DNA of 64,000 bases, from NCBI GenBank assembly GCA_036172245.1, contig JAYWIR010000019.1, positions 1,612,001 to 1,676,000 on the forward strand. Direction: 5' to 3'. The notes under the pieces are model-generated. The model had not been told where the DNA came from and made no database searches. It was given only the letters and a program-made list of their open reading frames with translations. This DNA comes from Raillietiella orientalis (Eukaryota). Below are positions 12,055 through 24,174 of the stretch, piece by piece. A program made the translations under genes and the position numbers. How positions within the stretch are numbered: position 1 is the stretch's first letter; every line of letters starts with the position of its first letter.

Positions 12055-15000
12055 CAATTCCCCTCTCAACGGATCTTGCGCTTTCGCATCAAAGCAAACA
12101 AATGGCCGAAAGAGCGATGTGCTTCCGAGTTTGTGCTGCGCCACTCTCCGTTTCAAAGCTGATTTGTCAAGTAAAAGGTTCGAAATCCTTTTGATCCGGT
12201 AGATGGGTACTTCTTGGAAGATCTGTTCGGAGAAAAAAAGGGAGGGGGAACGGGAAAGAAGAGGGACGGAGGATACAACAAGAAGCTAGACTGTAGGGAA
12301 TTCTTTGAATTTTCCTTTTTCTTTTCTTTTTCTTCCTCTTTTTTTTTTTTGACCTTTGATTTCTCGACATGCATTGCTCATCCGAGACAGAGAAACTCCC
12401 GCTAGTTAGTTAGCAATGTGCATTATTTATCCGTGTCTGAGATTAACCACCACTTGAAAATCAGTTAATTCATTTCCTCTCTCCCTCTCTCTCTCTCTCT
12501 CAAATCCCCCCCCCCTCAAATTCTTTTTGCAAAATGGGAGGGAGGGTCAAGGAGAGCTGTGCCAAATTTCATCACTGTGGCCAAAAAGGAAAACACGAAA
12601 GAGCAAAGCGCAACGAAATACAAAAAAAATATTCACGAAACGTATGAAGAAAGGTTCATTTCTATTAGAACGATGAGAACTCCGATTCGTTAGGTTTAGG
12701 AGAAATTTCTTGCTGCTACCTCAGAATCCGATTCCTCAGCCGCTAATAATCATCATTTATTGTCTGCATTGAGTTGTGTCATTTTTTTTTCTTTTTCTCC
12801 CCTGCCTGTCTTGCTTTCTTTCCACTGGAACCCGTGATTTTCGAAAGGTTTGGCGGGCTGCAAACAACGCTTTCCGAGCACACGAGCAGATGAGTAGTCT
12901 TAACCTTAAAACCATGATCTGATGTATCACATTCGTGAACAGAAGGCAAACATGACCTCTGAGTGTCCTGGCGTATTTCGAAAATTTTTCAGGAGAGAAG
13001 GAAGAGGAGGAGGAGGAGGAGGGAAGCAGAAGAAGAAGAAGAAGAAAGCAAAAGAACTCATCTCAGCAGCATCTGAGTTGAGTTTCTTGGAATGGAATGA
13101 AGCAATCTCGTCAATAGTATTTTACAGTTGCATTGCAACACACGCCTTTTTTTCTTTTCTTTTTCTGCTTGCCTTCTTGTGGATGGAAATTGCTACCTGG
13201 AAACTTTTATCACATCACTGGGCTGTATTTTGTTTTCTCGCAACCGCAGGTGGGTAGCTGGTGACGCCGAAACGTCTGCAGTGCACCACCGAAACTTGCA
13301 ACAGAACCGCCTCCATTTCTAAAAAAAAAACAAAATAAAATAAAAACAAAAATAAAAAAAGAGGGGAAAACCCGCGTTACTCAATTATTTCTTTGTTGCG
13401 TAATCATTCCGGGGTTACCACTCGCTGTGGCTATTTTGCCTTTTTTTTTTTTCCTCTATGAATGTGTGTTTGTGTGTTTCTTTTGTTTTTGTTCTCTCTC
13501 TCCGTGTGTGTGTGTGTGTGTGTTTTTGTGCTTTTTCGGAGAGCGATTTTCCCCAAGAAGGTCTTTATAATATCATGCCACGACATTAAGATATGGTTGG
13601 AGAGCCGAGGTATTGTGTTTGTCAACCGGAATCGATAAAAGTTTTCTTCCGAAAGCTTCTCCGAAACTGCGGCGGAAGATGATGCATTTCCATGATACAA
13701 GCTCAGGAGATGCCCGCTCCTCAGCTCCGCATCCAGGCGTCCGCGCGTGTTGTTTCCCTATATCCTACGCAATTAAGTCGTACGGAGACAGATACTTTCC
13801 GATAATTCAATCTTTACGGAAACTTTATATCTATCTGGATAATTGGCAAACAATTTTCTCTGCCAAGTTGACTCGCCCGTGTCGGCTCCCTCGCTCCCCC
13901 CCCCTCTCTCTCTCTCCCCCTCCCCTCGGATCTCGGAGGAGGAAGAGGCGAGGAGGAGGGGAAACGTAGCTGGGGAGGTTGCGACGTGATTAAATTTCTG
14001 CTCGACGGGAAGGAAGGAAGCTTTTTTTTTTCCTTCCTCTTCTTCCCTTACTCGTTTTCCTTTTCTTTCCTCTTTTTTTTTTTTTTTTTTCTTTCCTTCT
14101 TCCTCCTCCTCTTTTCTCTCTCCCTCGCTTCGGATTCGAAGTGTGTCCGAGCCGTGGGGACCGTGTCCAAAGGGAGGGGGAATGGGGGAGGGGGGGAAAC
14201 GGGAAGAGCGAGAAGAGGAGGAGGAAGGGGAAGGGACAAAGCGGGACGCCTCCTTTCGCCGCTCCGCGGTTTCCCAGCGGTGGAGAGGCGCGCGCGGGGC
14301 GGCTCCGCACCAGCCGGCAAGGAGACGCGCGCGCAGGAAGGGAGAGGAGGGGAAGGAAGGGAGGGGGGGGGAAAGGAGGGGGTCGATTTTCGCGCCGATC
14401 TCCACTGCGCACGCTCGCTGGATTTATTTCCGTCCGGCCACGGCCATGTTTGCCGCGGACGCGGCGTTGCGGGGAGACGGTGGCGTCCATCATTGTTGGA
14501 CGCACGAGGAGACGGTCGGTAATTCGATTTCCTCTACGGATGCTTAGCGCGAGGCACCGTCGGAAAAGGATGCCAAATTCGCTACTAATGGCCAATAATG
14601 GGACAAAAGTGTGGATGGGGTGATGAATGGGGTCCGATACAAGCCAGTTAATGAACCTTGCGGACTCGCTTCACGCACCGCTGGATGGGGTACCACTCTT
14701 TTCTGCAGCACGGAAGACTCCCGCAGAAGGGGGGGAGGGAGGGATGAGGAAGAAGCGAGTGCGCGCGCGCATACGCGAAGGGACGAAGGGGGGGGGGGGT
14801 AGCGCAGAGCACGCGCGAGGGAGGGGGGAGGCAAAGACGCAGATCGTGATCCTCCTTAGCGGTCTTCTCCTCAGTTCCCTCCTCCCCCGTTACCAAGGCG
14901 GCGCGCTGCACCGAGCCGGCGGGAAATCGGAGCCTCCTTGCCGCGTTCCCGTTGTCGTGGGAGGCGGGGACGCGCGCGCGCCGTCGAAGCCCTCGCGGCG

Positions 15001-18000
15001 AGAAGGGCGGAGTCTCCATTCCCAAGGGGACGCGCACCCGGAGCGCGACGCGCGCAGCGGCGGCGGCAGTGGGACGGCAAGGGCGCGTGGCAGGGTGGAG
15101 AAGGAGGAGGAGATCCCGGGAGGATCGCTTCGTCTCGGAGAACGGGTTCCCTCCTCTCCTCCTTCCTCCTCCTCCTCCCCGGGAGACCAGCAGGAGAGGA
15201 GAGGGGTGGAGGTCCTCGCGGTTTCAGCTGGCGATGCACGCGAACCGTCCGGGAACGGCGCTGATCTTTCCAACTCTCCCCTCCCGGAAGCCAGCGGGAT
15301 GAAGGACCCAGAAAAGGGGTTTCCCCGCGGTTCCGGAACAAATGGACCGACGCATCCGCATCCCGCGGTCCTCGACGGGGTTGCCATGGAAGCGGGGATC
15401 TGCCCCCGCTGCGGCCTCCTCCGCGACAAGCCGCACGTGCCGCGCCGCCCGCTCCGGAGGAGCGAGGGAGAGTCGGCGAGGGTCCCCCCCCCCACTCCGT
15501 ACCCTTCCTCGTTCCCCCCCCACTCCCCACTCCGCCCGCCGAGGAGCAGCGACTTGCTGTCGACCCTCCCGGCGGATTCGTCGCGCCTGAACGGCGAGGG
15601 CCGCCGTACGCAGCTGCAGACTTGCTTCACTCCCCCCCCCCTCTTCCCCTTGCGGTCCTCCCCGCCGGTGACCAGGAGGAGGGCGGACCTCGGCCTCCCT
15701 CTTCCCCCCGTCCCTCCACGGGTGCCGACCCGAGAGACTCCGTCCCCACCTCCTATGCGAAGCCTCCCTGTCTTATGCAGCGCCCGGGAAGCGCCAGGCA
15801 CTCCCGCGCCGACGGGCCTCACCGCCTCAGCCTCCCACGCAGCAGGGGCCTCTCTCCCTCATAGAGAAGGGGAGAGCGGACGAAAAGAGGCTCTACGAGG
15901 GAGAGCAACGGCAAGGAGGGGACCACGACGTCCGGGCGCTCCTCAGAGTTGCTGCGGCGGCGACTGACCCATCTCTCTGGCTCGTCCACCTCCCCCCTCC
16001 CTCCGTTCCCATTTTTTTCCCCCTTTTTGCTCTTCCCCTTCCTCACTGCCTCTTCGCCTTTTTTTCTCCTCTCGTCTCCATGGTTACGCGTGGCCGTCCG
16101 TCAGCCCGCGCCGGAAAGCAGCTTAGGCGGAAGTCGTTTTTTTCCTCTTCCTCTTCGGGAGCGACCCGTCTTTCATCCGGAGGCTGCGATGAAGGGGAGA
16201 GGGGGGGAGCGGCCCCTCCCGTCCCGCCGATCTGGTAGAAAAACGGCCTGAGGGGAGGGGGAGTTCCCGGAGGAAGTTCCAGGGGAGCGCCATCCCGGGA
16301 CGGGGCCCGCAGCTCTTTGCATCCGGTCATCAATGCACGCCGCGCCGTGCGCGCCCCATTAGCCCTGCCTCCCCCCCCCGCCCGCCCGCCCTTCATCGCA
16401 TCCCGGAATGATCCTTCCGGGAGCGGGCGGGAAGTGGCGCGATTTGGGGTTTCCCTGTTTTCGTCCCCCCCCTCCGCCCCCCCCCCTTCCGCGCCGGCAG
16501 CCTCCGCGGGATCGATCGTCCCGCTCTTCCCATCCCGTCCCGCGCGCTCCCCGTCTCCAAGAGCAATGCCTGGAGCCCACCCGCGGCGGTCGGACGAGGG
16601 CGGAGCCCTAGAGATGCCCCCTCCCTCTCCCCGCTCCTTGCAGGAAAGCATGCGCGTGGCGGCGGACGAAGCGAGGAGGGCGGTTTCCCCGGCAACCCGG
16701 GGAGCAGCAAGCGACCTTCCCTTCATTTCCCCTTCCCGCTCTTCTCCTGGGTGCCCTCCGGTCGCACTGTGGAAGTTGCCCGCGACCCGCGGAAGGGCAG
16801 CTCTCGAGACCTCGACGCCCCCGGCGGGGCCGTGGCGGCCCGTCGAGCCGTCCTCCTCCTCCCCCTGCAGGGGTTCCCTCCGTTTCCCCGGCGACGGCGG
16901 CGGCTCATCAGTATGCATGGCCTGGGACCGCGGGGATTCGCCGGCGTCGCCCACGTGACCGGGAGGCGCGGCCCCTCCTCCCCCTCTCCGACCTTTCCTG
17001 CAGAAGCCCCTAGGGGCACGCCCCTTCTCGCAAACCCGATCTCTTCGTCCCGGGAGGCCTCCCGCCCGCCTCCCCGCGGCCCCCGGCGAAAGGGCGCGAT
17101 TGACGGCCAATCAAATTTCATTCCTGCGCCTCCTGCCCCCCCCCTTCCCCCTCGGAGGACGAGAGGGGGCCGGATCAGGCCAATCCGGGGAGCATGGGCC
17201 CGTCCCGTGGCCTCCTGCCGTGCGCCCTCCCTCAGGAGGGCGCGCGCCGCTGCACCCGCGTCCCTCTGTCACTATGAGAACGGCGGAGGGAGGCGGCGGC
17301 GTCCCCTCCCCGCGGGCCCCGGCAGCGCCTGTCGGGCCGCCGTTGCTCCCTTTGTCGCCCGCAGATCGGGAAGGCGATAAACGCCGCCGGGAGCGCCCGC
17401 CCGCCAGGTGGCACCACCGCCAGCCCGCGGAAAGGCGGTGGAAGGAGGAGGAGGGGGGGGGGGCACGCGGCAGCGGCGGCGCGTTCTTTCCCTCCCCCCT
17501 CCGTCTCTCCCGGGACGCGCGCCTCCTCGGTGGCCCCATGCAGCTGTGAAACGCCCGGGAGGCACGCGCGGGCGCTGCCCTCTCCCCAATGCTCCACCGC
17601 CTTCGTTCTCGCCGAGGTCCCGCCGACAGCAGGAGGCGCTCCTGGACCGCCCCGTCGCTTCCCGCTTCGAGTGCCATCCACAACGTGGCGCGAAGGCGCG
17701 CGCGCGTGGGTTTCCGGAGGTGGCGACCGGGGAGGGTGGCGTCCCGGGAAAAGGGGGAAGAGGGTGGTCCGTCGAAAGAGGGCTGGCTTCAGTAAGTGGA
17801 AGGAAAGGGGGGGCAAGTGAAGGGAGCGCGCTCCTTCCTTACCCTCCCCCCTTCCTTCCCCCCTTCGCCCGTTTGGCTCACTAGGACGACCCCGGCGGGT
17901 TCCTCTCGGGAAGCTCGGCCGCCCGCTCCGGGTATCCCGGTCCCTCCATCTCTGCCTTCCCTGCGTGCCTTCCCTCTGCGGGCCGCACCGCCCTCGCCCT

Positions 18001-18059
18001 CCGCGCTGCTGCTTCCCCCGCCCCCTCGTCTGCCCCCCGCTCCCCGCCCGAGAGGTGCG

Positions 18060-18200
18060 AACGTCCCAATCGCCGTGCTTTTCCAGCCGGCGCGCGGTCC
18101 GCCCGAGCGGCGCGCGCGGATTGGTCACGGCGGCGTCGAGGGGCGGGGCTTCGGCGCGTAATCGATAGGGAGAGGAGCGGCCGGGCGTGCCGACCGAATG
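18060..18200 (+). promoter_or_regulatory. Putative CpG-rich proximal promoter of the BarH gene (CCAAT and GC boxes)
   Basis: CCAAT near 18066, reverse ATTGG near 18120 and GGGGCGGGGC near 18140, about 130-260 nt upstream of the ATG at 18323. Confidence 0.45.
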
Positions 18201-18322
18201 AGCTGTGCGGTGCACGCAGGCGGCCGCCAGATGTGCGGCCGGGCTCGTGCCGTGCGCATCGCCGACGTCGCTCCCGCTGCCGCTGCACGGACGTCGCCGC
18301 GGGGCAGCCGCGCGCGCCCACG

Positions 18323-18507
18323 ATGATCTACGGCGGCGGGAAGGGCCAGGGGACGGAGGACCCCGGCCGCAGCAAGGAGCTGGGAGCCGGCCACTCCCGC
18401 TTCATGATCAGGGACATCCTGAAGGAGGAGGACGACTCCGGGACGGAGGCGGGGCTCCCGCCCCCGGCGGGCGACTCTGATAACGACTGCAGGGACGTCG
18501 CCAGCGG

Positions 18508-18542
<35 letters not shown>

Positions 18543-18743
18543 GCAGCCGCTCCCGCCGGCCTGAGGACGCCGTCTCCAGCCGTGAGTACCACGACCACCC
18601 TCTGCCTTCCCCCCCGCCCGCCCCGCTCTTCCCCGTCCCGGGCTCCACGCCTCTTCCAGGAGCCCGCCCGTCCCGCTCCCCGGACTGATGAAGGGGTGCA
18701 GGTCGCGCGCGTTCCTGTCGGCGAGGTCGAGCACGTGGTTGGA

Positions 18744-18778
<35 letters not shown>

Positions 18779-19889
18779 GCAGGAAACCACCACTTCCTGC
18801 GCATTCGAGGCGGCGGTGCAGCGTGGAGTTCACCCCGGTCCCCGCGCACTCGCTATGGGGGAGAAGGGGGCAGCGCCCCCTCCCCCCACTCCGCCCCGCC
18901 CCCTGCGCCCGATCTGATTAACCCGCGGATGCGCTTGGCGGCGGCGGCGGCGGCTGCAGCAGGCGGGCCAAATTGTTGGCGCTCGGGGCGTTTCCGCTCG
19001 GGACCGTGAGAAGCGGCGGTTGGCATGGGAACGGAGAGGCGCGCGGTGCGGTGCGGTGAGGTGCGCGGTGCGGGCGGCGAACGACCGCGCCGGGGGAGCC
19101 GAGCTTGCTCGCAGCCCCATTCGTCCATCCGTCCCTCTTCCGGTCCCCTTCCCTTCTTCCCCGCCCCATCGAGGGGTGGGTGGGATGCACCTTCCCGCCC
19201 CCCTCCCCTCTTCCCTTCTCCTCTCTTGCCCCCTTTGCTGACGATCCCTCCTCCTGCTCTGCCTGCAGGTCGCCGCCGCAAGCTCAGATGCCCGGTCGGC
19301 GGCGGCCCGGTCGGCGGAGTCGGCAGCGCCTCCGGCGGCGTGGGCAAGAAGCAGCGGAAGGCGCGCACGGCGTTCACGGACCACCAGCTGCAGACGCTGG
19401 AGAGGAGCTTCGAGCGCCAGAAGTACCTGAGCGTGCAGGACCGGATGGAGCTGGCCGCGAAGCTGCAGCTGACCGACACGCAGGTCAAGACGTGGTACCA
19501 GAACAGGAGGTACGGCCCGGAGGCACGCGCGCGACCTGCGGGACCCCCCACTGGTGTTTCCCAGGACCAAGTGGAAGCGTCAGACCGCCGTGGGCCTGGA
19601 GCTGCTGGCCGAGGCCGGCACGCTGGCCGCCGTCTACGGCGGGGGCGCCTCCTACGCCTGGCCCCTGCCCGCCGCCAGCACCGTCGACCTCTACTATCGC
19701 CATCACCACGCCGCCCAGCCCCTGCCCAAGCCCCTCTCCTACAGACTCTACCCCTCCGCCTGGGGTCTCGGCCCCCTCTTCGCCGCCCAGCCGCTTCTGG
19801 GCGGCCACGCCCACGGCCGCAAGGCGGCTCCCGCCGCCACCTCGCCACCCGTCCTTCGCTCCCTCGCCAGCGACCGCGACAACACATGA
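18323..19889 (+). CDS. BarH: BarH-class homeobox transcription factor (BarH1/BarH2/BARHL family), 3 coding exons
   Basis: Exon 1 (18323-18581) has the eh1/FIL motif FMIRDIL and an acidic DE run. Exon 2 (19269-19509) encodes [55 protein letters not shown] 55-nt intron (19510-19564) precedes exon 3 (19565-19889), [19 protein letters not shown]. Thr47, Tyr49 and the post-homeodomain [12 protein letters not shown] are Bar hallmarks. Splice phases are consistent. Candidate AATAAA at 20428. Confidence 0.96.
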
Positions 19890-20865
19890 GAGCCAGACCG
19901 CGCCCCCCGCCCCATCCTCACCCCCTGGACCCCGGCCTGCCCTCCCCGGCCACGTGCAACCGAGCCAGGAGGAGGGGGACCGACCGGACGTCGTCAGGGG
20001 GCGTCCACAACATCCGCTGCTCCCCGGGCGCTACCCTCGGGCCGCTGCGGCCGCCCGCCGATCTCCGCCAGGGGATGAGGCCTTCTTGCCCACCAGAGGA
20101 CAGCCAGCTGACCCCCGCGAGGGAGCTTTGGGAGCCATTCCCGACGCATTGCCCCGGCATCCCACCTGCGGCCTCCCTTTCGGGCGCCCGACGGAGGAGA
20201 GACCCCCGGCGCAGGAGAGACCAAACCCCCTTCCTCCGCAGAAGGAGAGCGGCTGCAAGACGGACGTCACGAGCGGTCGGCCCCGAGGGGAGGGGGAAAG
20301 GGCCGTATCGGAGTCCTCCCCGAGGGGACGAGTCCGCCAGAAGAGGAGGAGGTGGCTGCGTTTCCATGGCGCGCGTGCGCGGGAGGAAGGGGTGGCTTCC
20401 CCCGCTGGGCAGCCGCGTCAAAAGGTCAATAAAGTCGGCTGGCCGCTCAGATGGCTCGACCCTTTCGGGCCTTCCGAGTCTCCGGGGCAGCGGTCTTCCG
20501 GGCCTCCGGAGTGGTGTCTGGGGACTCCGACACCATGACGGCTCCTGGGTCCGGCGGGAGAGGAGGAGGCGGAGTCTGCAGTCTTGGACCGCGCACCAGG
20601 GGAGAGAGCCTTTCGTTTCGGTTGGCTCCGCAGTCGACTGCGCTCCTCCCTGGGAGGGCGCAGAGGAGGTTTGAAGGGGGGAGGTGGAAGGGCAGAACCC
20701 GCCCCTCACCGGCCTGTCCTGTGCTGGTCGCCTCGAAGGGGGCAGTGGTGGCGACTGGGCGCTCATGCCCGCCTCAGTCGCTTCCTCTTCCGCGGGGGGC
20801 AAGATGGCATCCTCGGGAGCGAAACCCTCCATTGCCACGGTGTGACCTCGCTAGTGACCTGTGAC

Positions 20866-20920
20866 CTCGTTACTAGAGAACCCGAATGGTTCGAACTCTC
20901 TAGTAACGAGAATTTTCTTC
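20866..20920. repeat. Short palindromic repeat, possible DNA-transposon/MITE remnant; partial second copy at ~21673-21712
   Basis: Perfect 14-bp stem CTCGTTACTAGAGA (20866-20879) / TCTCTAGTAACGAG (20897-20910). The segment CCGAAT..TTCGAA.TCT.TAGTAACGAGAATTT recurs at ~21673. Confidence 0.6.
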
Positions 20921-23900
20921 GATATTTCCCCCGGATAATCAGGCCACCATATTCGTTTGTTCTCTCCCTCCCTCCCTCTTCCGTTTCGTCCTCCGTTTCC
21001 CTGAGAAGGAAGCGAGTCGGGCCTAGGGGTGGGGTGGGTGGGATTGGCGGACGTACGGGAGGCGGCGGGAACCTTGCGATGGGCACGGCTCCGCGTGCCG
21101 AGGGAACGCGTCAACGTCGCCCCCTTGCGCAGCCACGCACAGGAGCCACGATGTCCGCGCATCCTGCCGGATCCGAGAGGGAGAGCCGGGGAGCGCGCGC
21201 GGCGGCTGGTCTCCCATCCCGCGGCGGCGCGTGCTTCTTGCAGGAGAGCGGGCAGAGCGCGTTCCCGGAGTCCCTCGTTCTCCGGCTGCGCCGCTCAGGG
21301 AGAGTCTCGTGGGCTGCACACAGTGCGCGACGATGGTTGGCTGTTCGTCCGGCTCGCGAGCGGCGCCGGCGCGCGCCCTGCGAGAGGTCCTTCCGCGACG
21401 CCATTTCGGAAGATGCGCAACTTCTCCCCCGCTTTTCATCTCCTTGCCCTCGGCGCATGTTTTGCCACTGCTCGCCGCTTTCACAGCAAGAAAGAAAGAA
21501 AGAAGGAGGAGGACAAGAAGAAGAAGAAACGCACTAGACACACACACACACTAGCACCCCAGCTTCCCCTGCTTTCCTTGCCAGCTCTTACCTACACCAA
21601 TGTTCAACTCTAGCGGAGAGAGGAGCACCCTGCTAGGGTGAGAAATTGCTAATATGGAAGCACCTCGGCATCCGAATCTTTCGAATTCTTTAGTAACGAG
21701 AATTTCATTCGACATACGCTCTGCATAGTCTGGCAACAACACTTGTTTCCTCCCCCCTCCCTTCTTCCGCTTCCCCCTCCTCGTCCCCTCCCGGCAGCCT
21801 TGCGCAACAATGGGCGACATCTTGTTTCTCCGTGCACAAGTCCGGGCGGGAGGCGTCTCCCCGCCTAACGGTCAATCCGGTCGCGCCCCTGTGTTTCCCT
21901 GTCAGTTCGGAGACGTGCCTGGGTTCCCCATTTCCGGTTTCGGGATGGCTGACAGCAGCCTCCGTGAGACGGCTAAAAAGGTGCTAAGGAGCCTTCCGTG
22001 GAGGGCCCGCCCTTCAGAGGAACGGATTGTCCGTGACCACGAGGCGGTCCAGACGAGCCACGGGAAAGTGCGGCGCTTTAGACGTGTCAGGCTCTTCTCA
22101 TCCTTCCTCTCGGGTCAAACTGATGACACCTGCTGCCGGCTGACGAGACGGCGGAAGGGGGATTGAGGAACGAACACGCATGCTTCCCCCTCCCTCCCTT
22201 TTCCGTGTGGCGCGCCCCTGGAAGAAGTGTTGCCTACCCGAAGGGTCAATTGAAGAAGTGGCTGGAAATCGCGTGTCTCCAGCTTCAGTGAGAAACACCT
22301 GTAGGAGCTCCGGTGAGGGATGTGTACAGGATGATTCTCGTCATTACGGTACGAGTTCCACTCTTTGTTCTCATGGGTATGAGTTATGTTATTTGCAACA
22401 GATGCCAGGAGTAGATTGCAGAAAATTAGTTGTAATATCCATTTAAGTATCCCTTAAGCTATTGTTCTTCATCTTTAAGGTTTTGAAATTACGAGGTTGG
22501 ATTTCAGTCATACCCCAGGGCGGTATATTTCTCTTTTGCTTACTGAAGCCATTTTTTTTTTCCTTGTACAAGTCAGAAGCAGCGGTCTGGCTGTTTCACA
22601 TGCTTGACATTTCTCTTCCAAGCGGATCGTCTTCTGGGGAATGCTTTGGGATTGTGTGTGTGTGCCTCTAAGAGTGTGTGTGTGTTGCATTCTCTTTTTT
22701 CATGATGTGCAAAAAAGGGGACCAAAAAAAAAAAAAAAAAAAACTTTGGTAGCAGCTCTCAGTAATGGTGGTTGTCTGTCATTCTTTGCTTGGAAGGATC
22801 CACTTTTTCTTCCTTTTTTTTTTTTTCCCCCTCCTTTTCCTCCTGCCCCCCCTACTCCTCCTCCCCCTCCTCCTCCTGAGCTAGAAGACAGATGGAGAGC
22901 GAGCCGAGAAGCGGCGGAGGCAACCCACGGCGACCACGTTCCAGCTGGAGGACTGCTTGGACCAGTTCTGAGCACAGAACGAGAAGAAGGAGCGCCGCGA
23001 TTATTCAAGTGATACACTTTAGCCCTTCTCGTTCGCCGGCCAGCCACTGCAGCCCGTCTGCGGGTGGAATAACTGTGCCACGGAACGCGACCTTTTAAAA
23101 ACCGAGTAAAGAAACAAACAGTAATTTTTCCTTTTTTTTTTTTTTTTTTTCCTTTTTTCCTTTTTTAAAAAGGAAAAGAGGAGAGAGAGAGAGAGAGAGG
23201 GAGGGAGGGAGGGAGGGAGGGAGAGCGCGAAGAAGAAGAAGAAGGAAAAAAAAAAAAAAAGAAAAGAAAAGAGGAGAGAGAAAGAAAGAAAGACCGAGCG
23301 GCGGGAATCAAAGAAAAAACATACATTAAGAAATAATGAAGCAGCACGCAACACATAATTTGCGAGTCAGGAATATCGTCGAGCGTGTCATTAAGTGATT
23401 CCGTAATGGCCGTTTCGAGGTTTTCCTTATGTAACGTGATAGCATATTTCATTTAACGACACCTTCTGTTAATGCTGATGAAATATCAACAATTCCGGAA
23501 GGCAGTATCAGCCATCATCTTAAACGGGGAACACTCTCTCAGGAATGCTCTTTTCCGACGCGATCCCCGTCGGGCCGTGCCACGTTTTTCTCGGGGAGAG
23601 CGTTGGAAACCACACGAGACAAATGATTGATTAGAAGCCACGGCGCTGCTCGGCTGGCCAACAAGAAGAGGCGCCCGCAAAGACTTTCCACTGACACAAA
23701 TTTCATTAGGCGGCAAATCAAATATGAAGCAGTGCATAAATATTAGATGAAAGAGGGCGAAGGACGGCATTACCGCCTTTCAGCGCCAATCCACCTCCTG
23801 TTTGATTTGCCTCCGTGAGACAATTCGCTCCCGCCGAGACGCTGCACGTCCTCCAATCTGCTCCTCCTTATTTGCAACAAAACAGATCCTGCGCCCAAAA

Positions 23901-24138
23901 AGGGAAAAGGGGGGGAGGGCGAGAGGACTGTGTCCTCCGGAAAGGCGAGTTGAAAAATCCAGCTTCCGAGGCTCTCCTCTGCGGGAGGGAGGGGGGGGGG
24001 CAGAGAGAGAGAGAGAGAGAAGAAGAAGAAGAAGAAGAAGAAGGAAAAAAAAAAATTAACAAGAATCGATGGTGATGGATTGAAGGAATTCGAAGCCGAC
24101 CAGGTAGCGTCGAAGAATGGAACCTTCTCTCCCCCCCC

Positions 24139-24174
<36 letters not shown>

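Noticed and set aside
7244..18200. Many long ORFs (200-450 aa) on both strands, e.g. 14627-15967 and 8730-9854
   Set aside because: Arg/Gly/Pro/Ser-rich, overlapping in several frames, crossing homopolymer and microsatellite runs, with no domain motifs. Expected in stop-poor GC-rich non-coding DNA.
19025..20674. 549-aa ORF containing the homeodomain
   Set aside because: It starts in intron 1 and reads through the 55-nt intron 2, losing TKWKRQ. The spliced three-exon model restores the full homeodomain.
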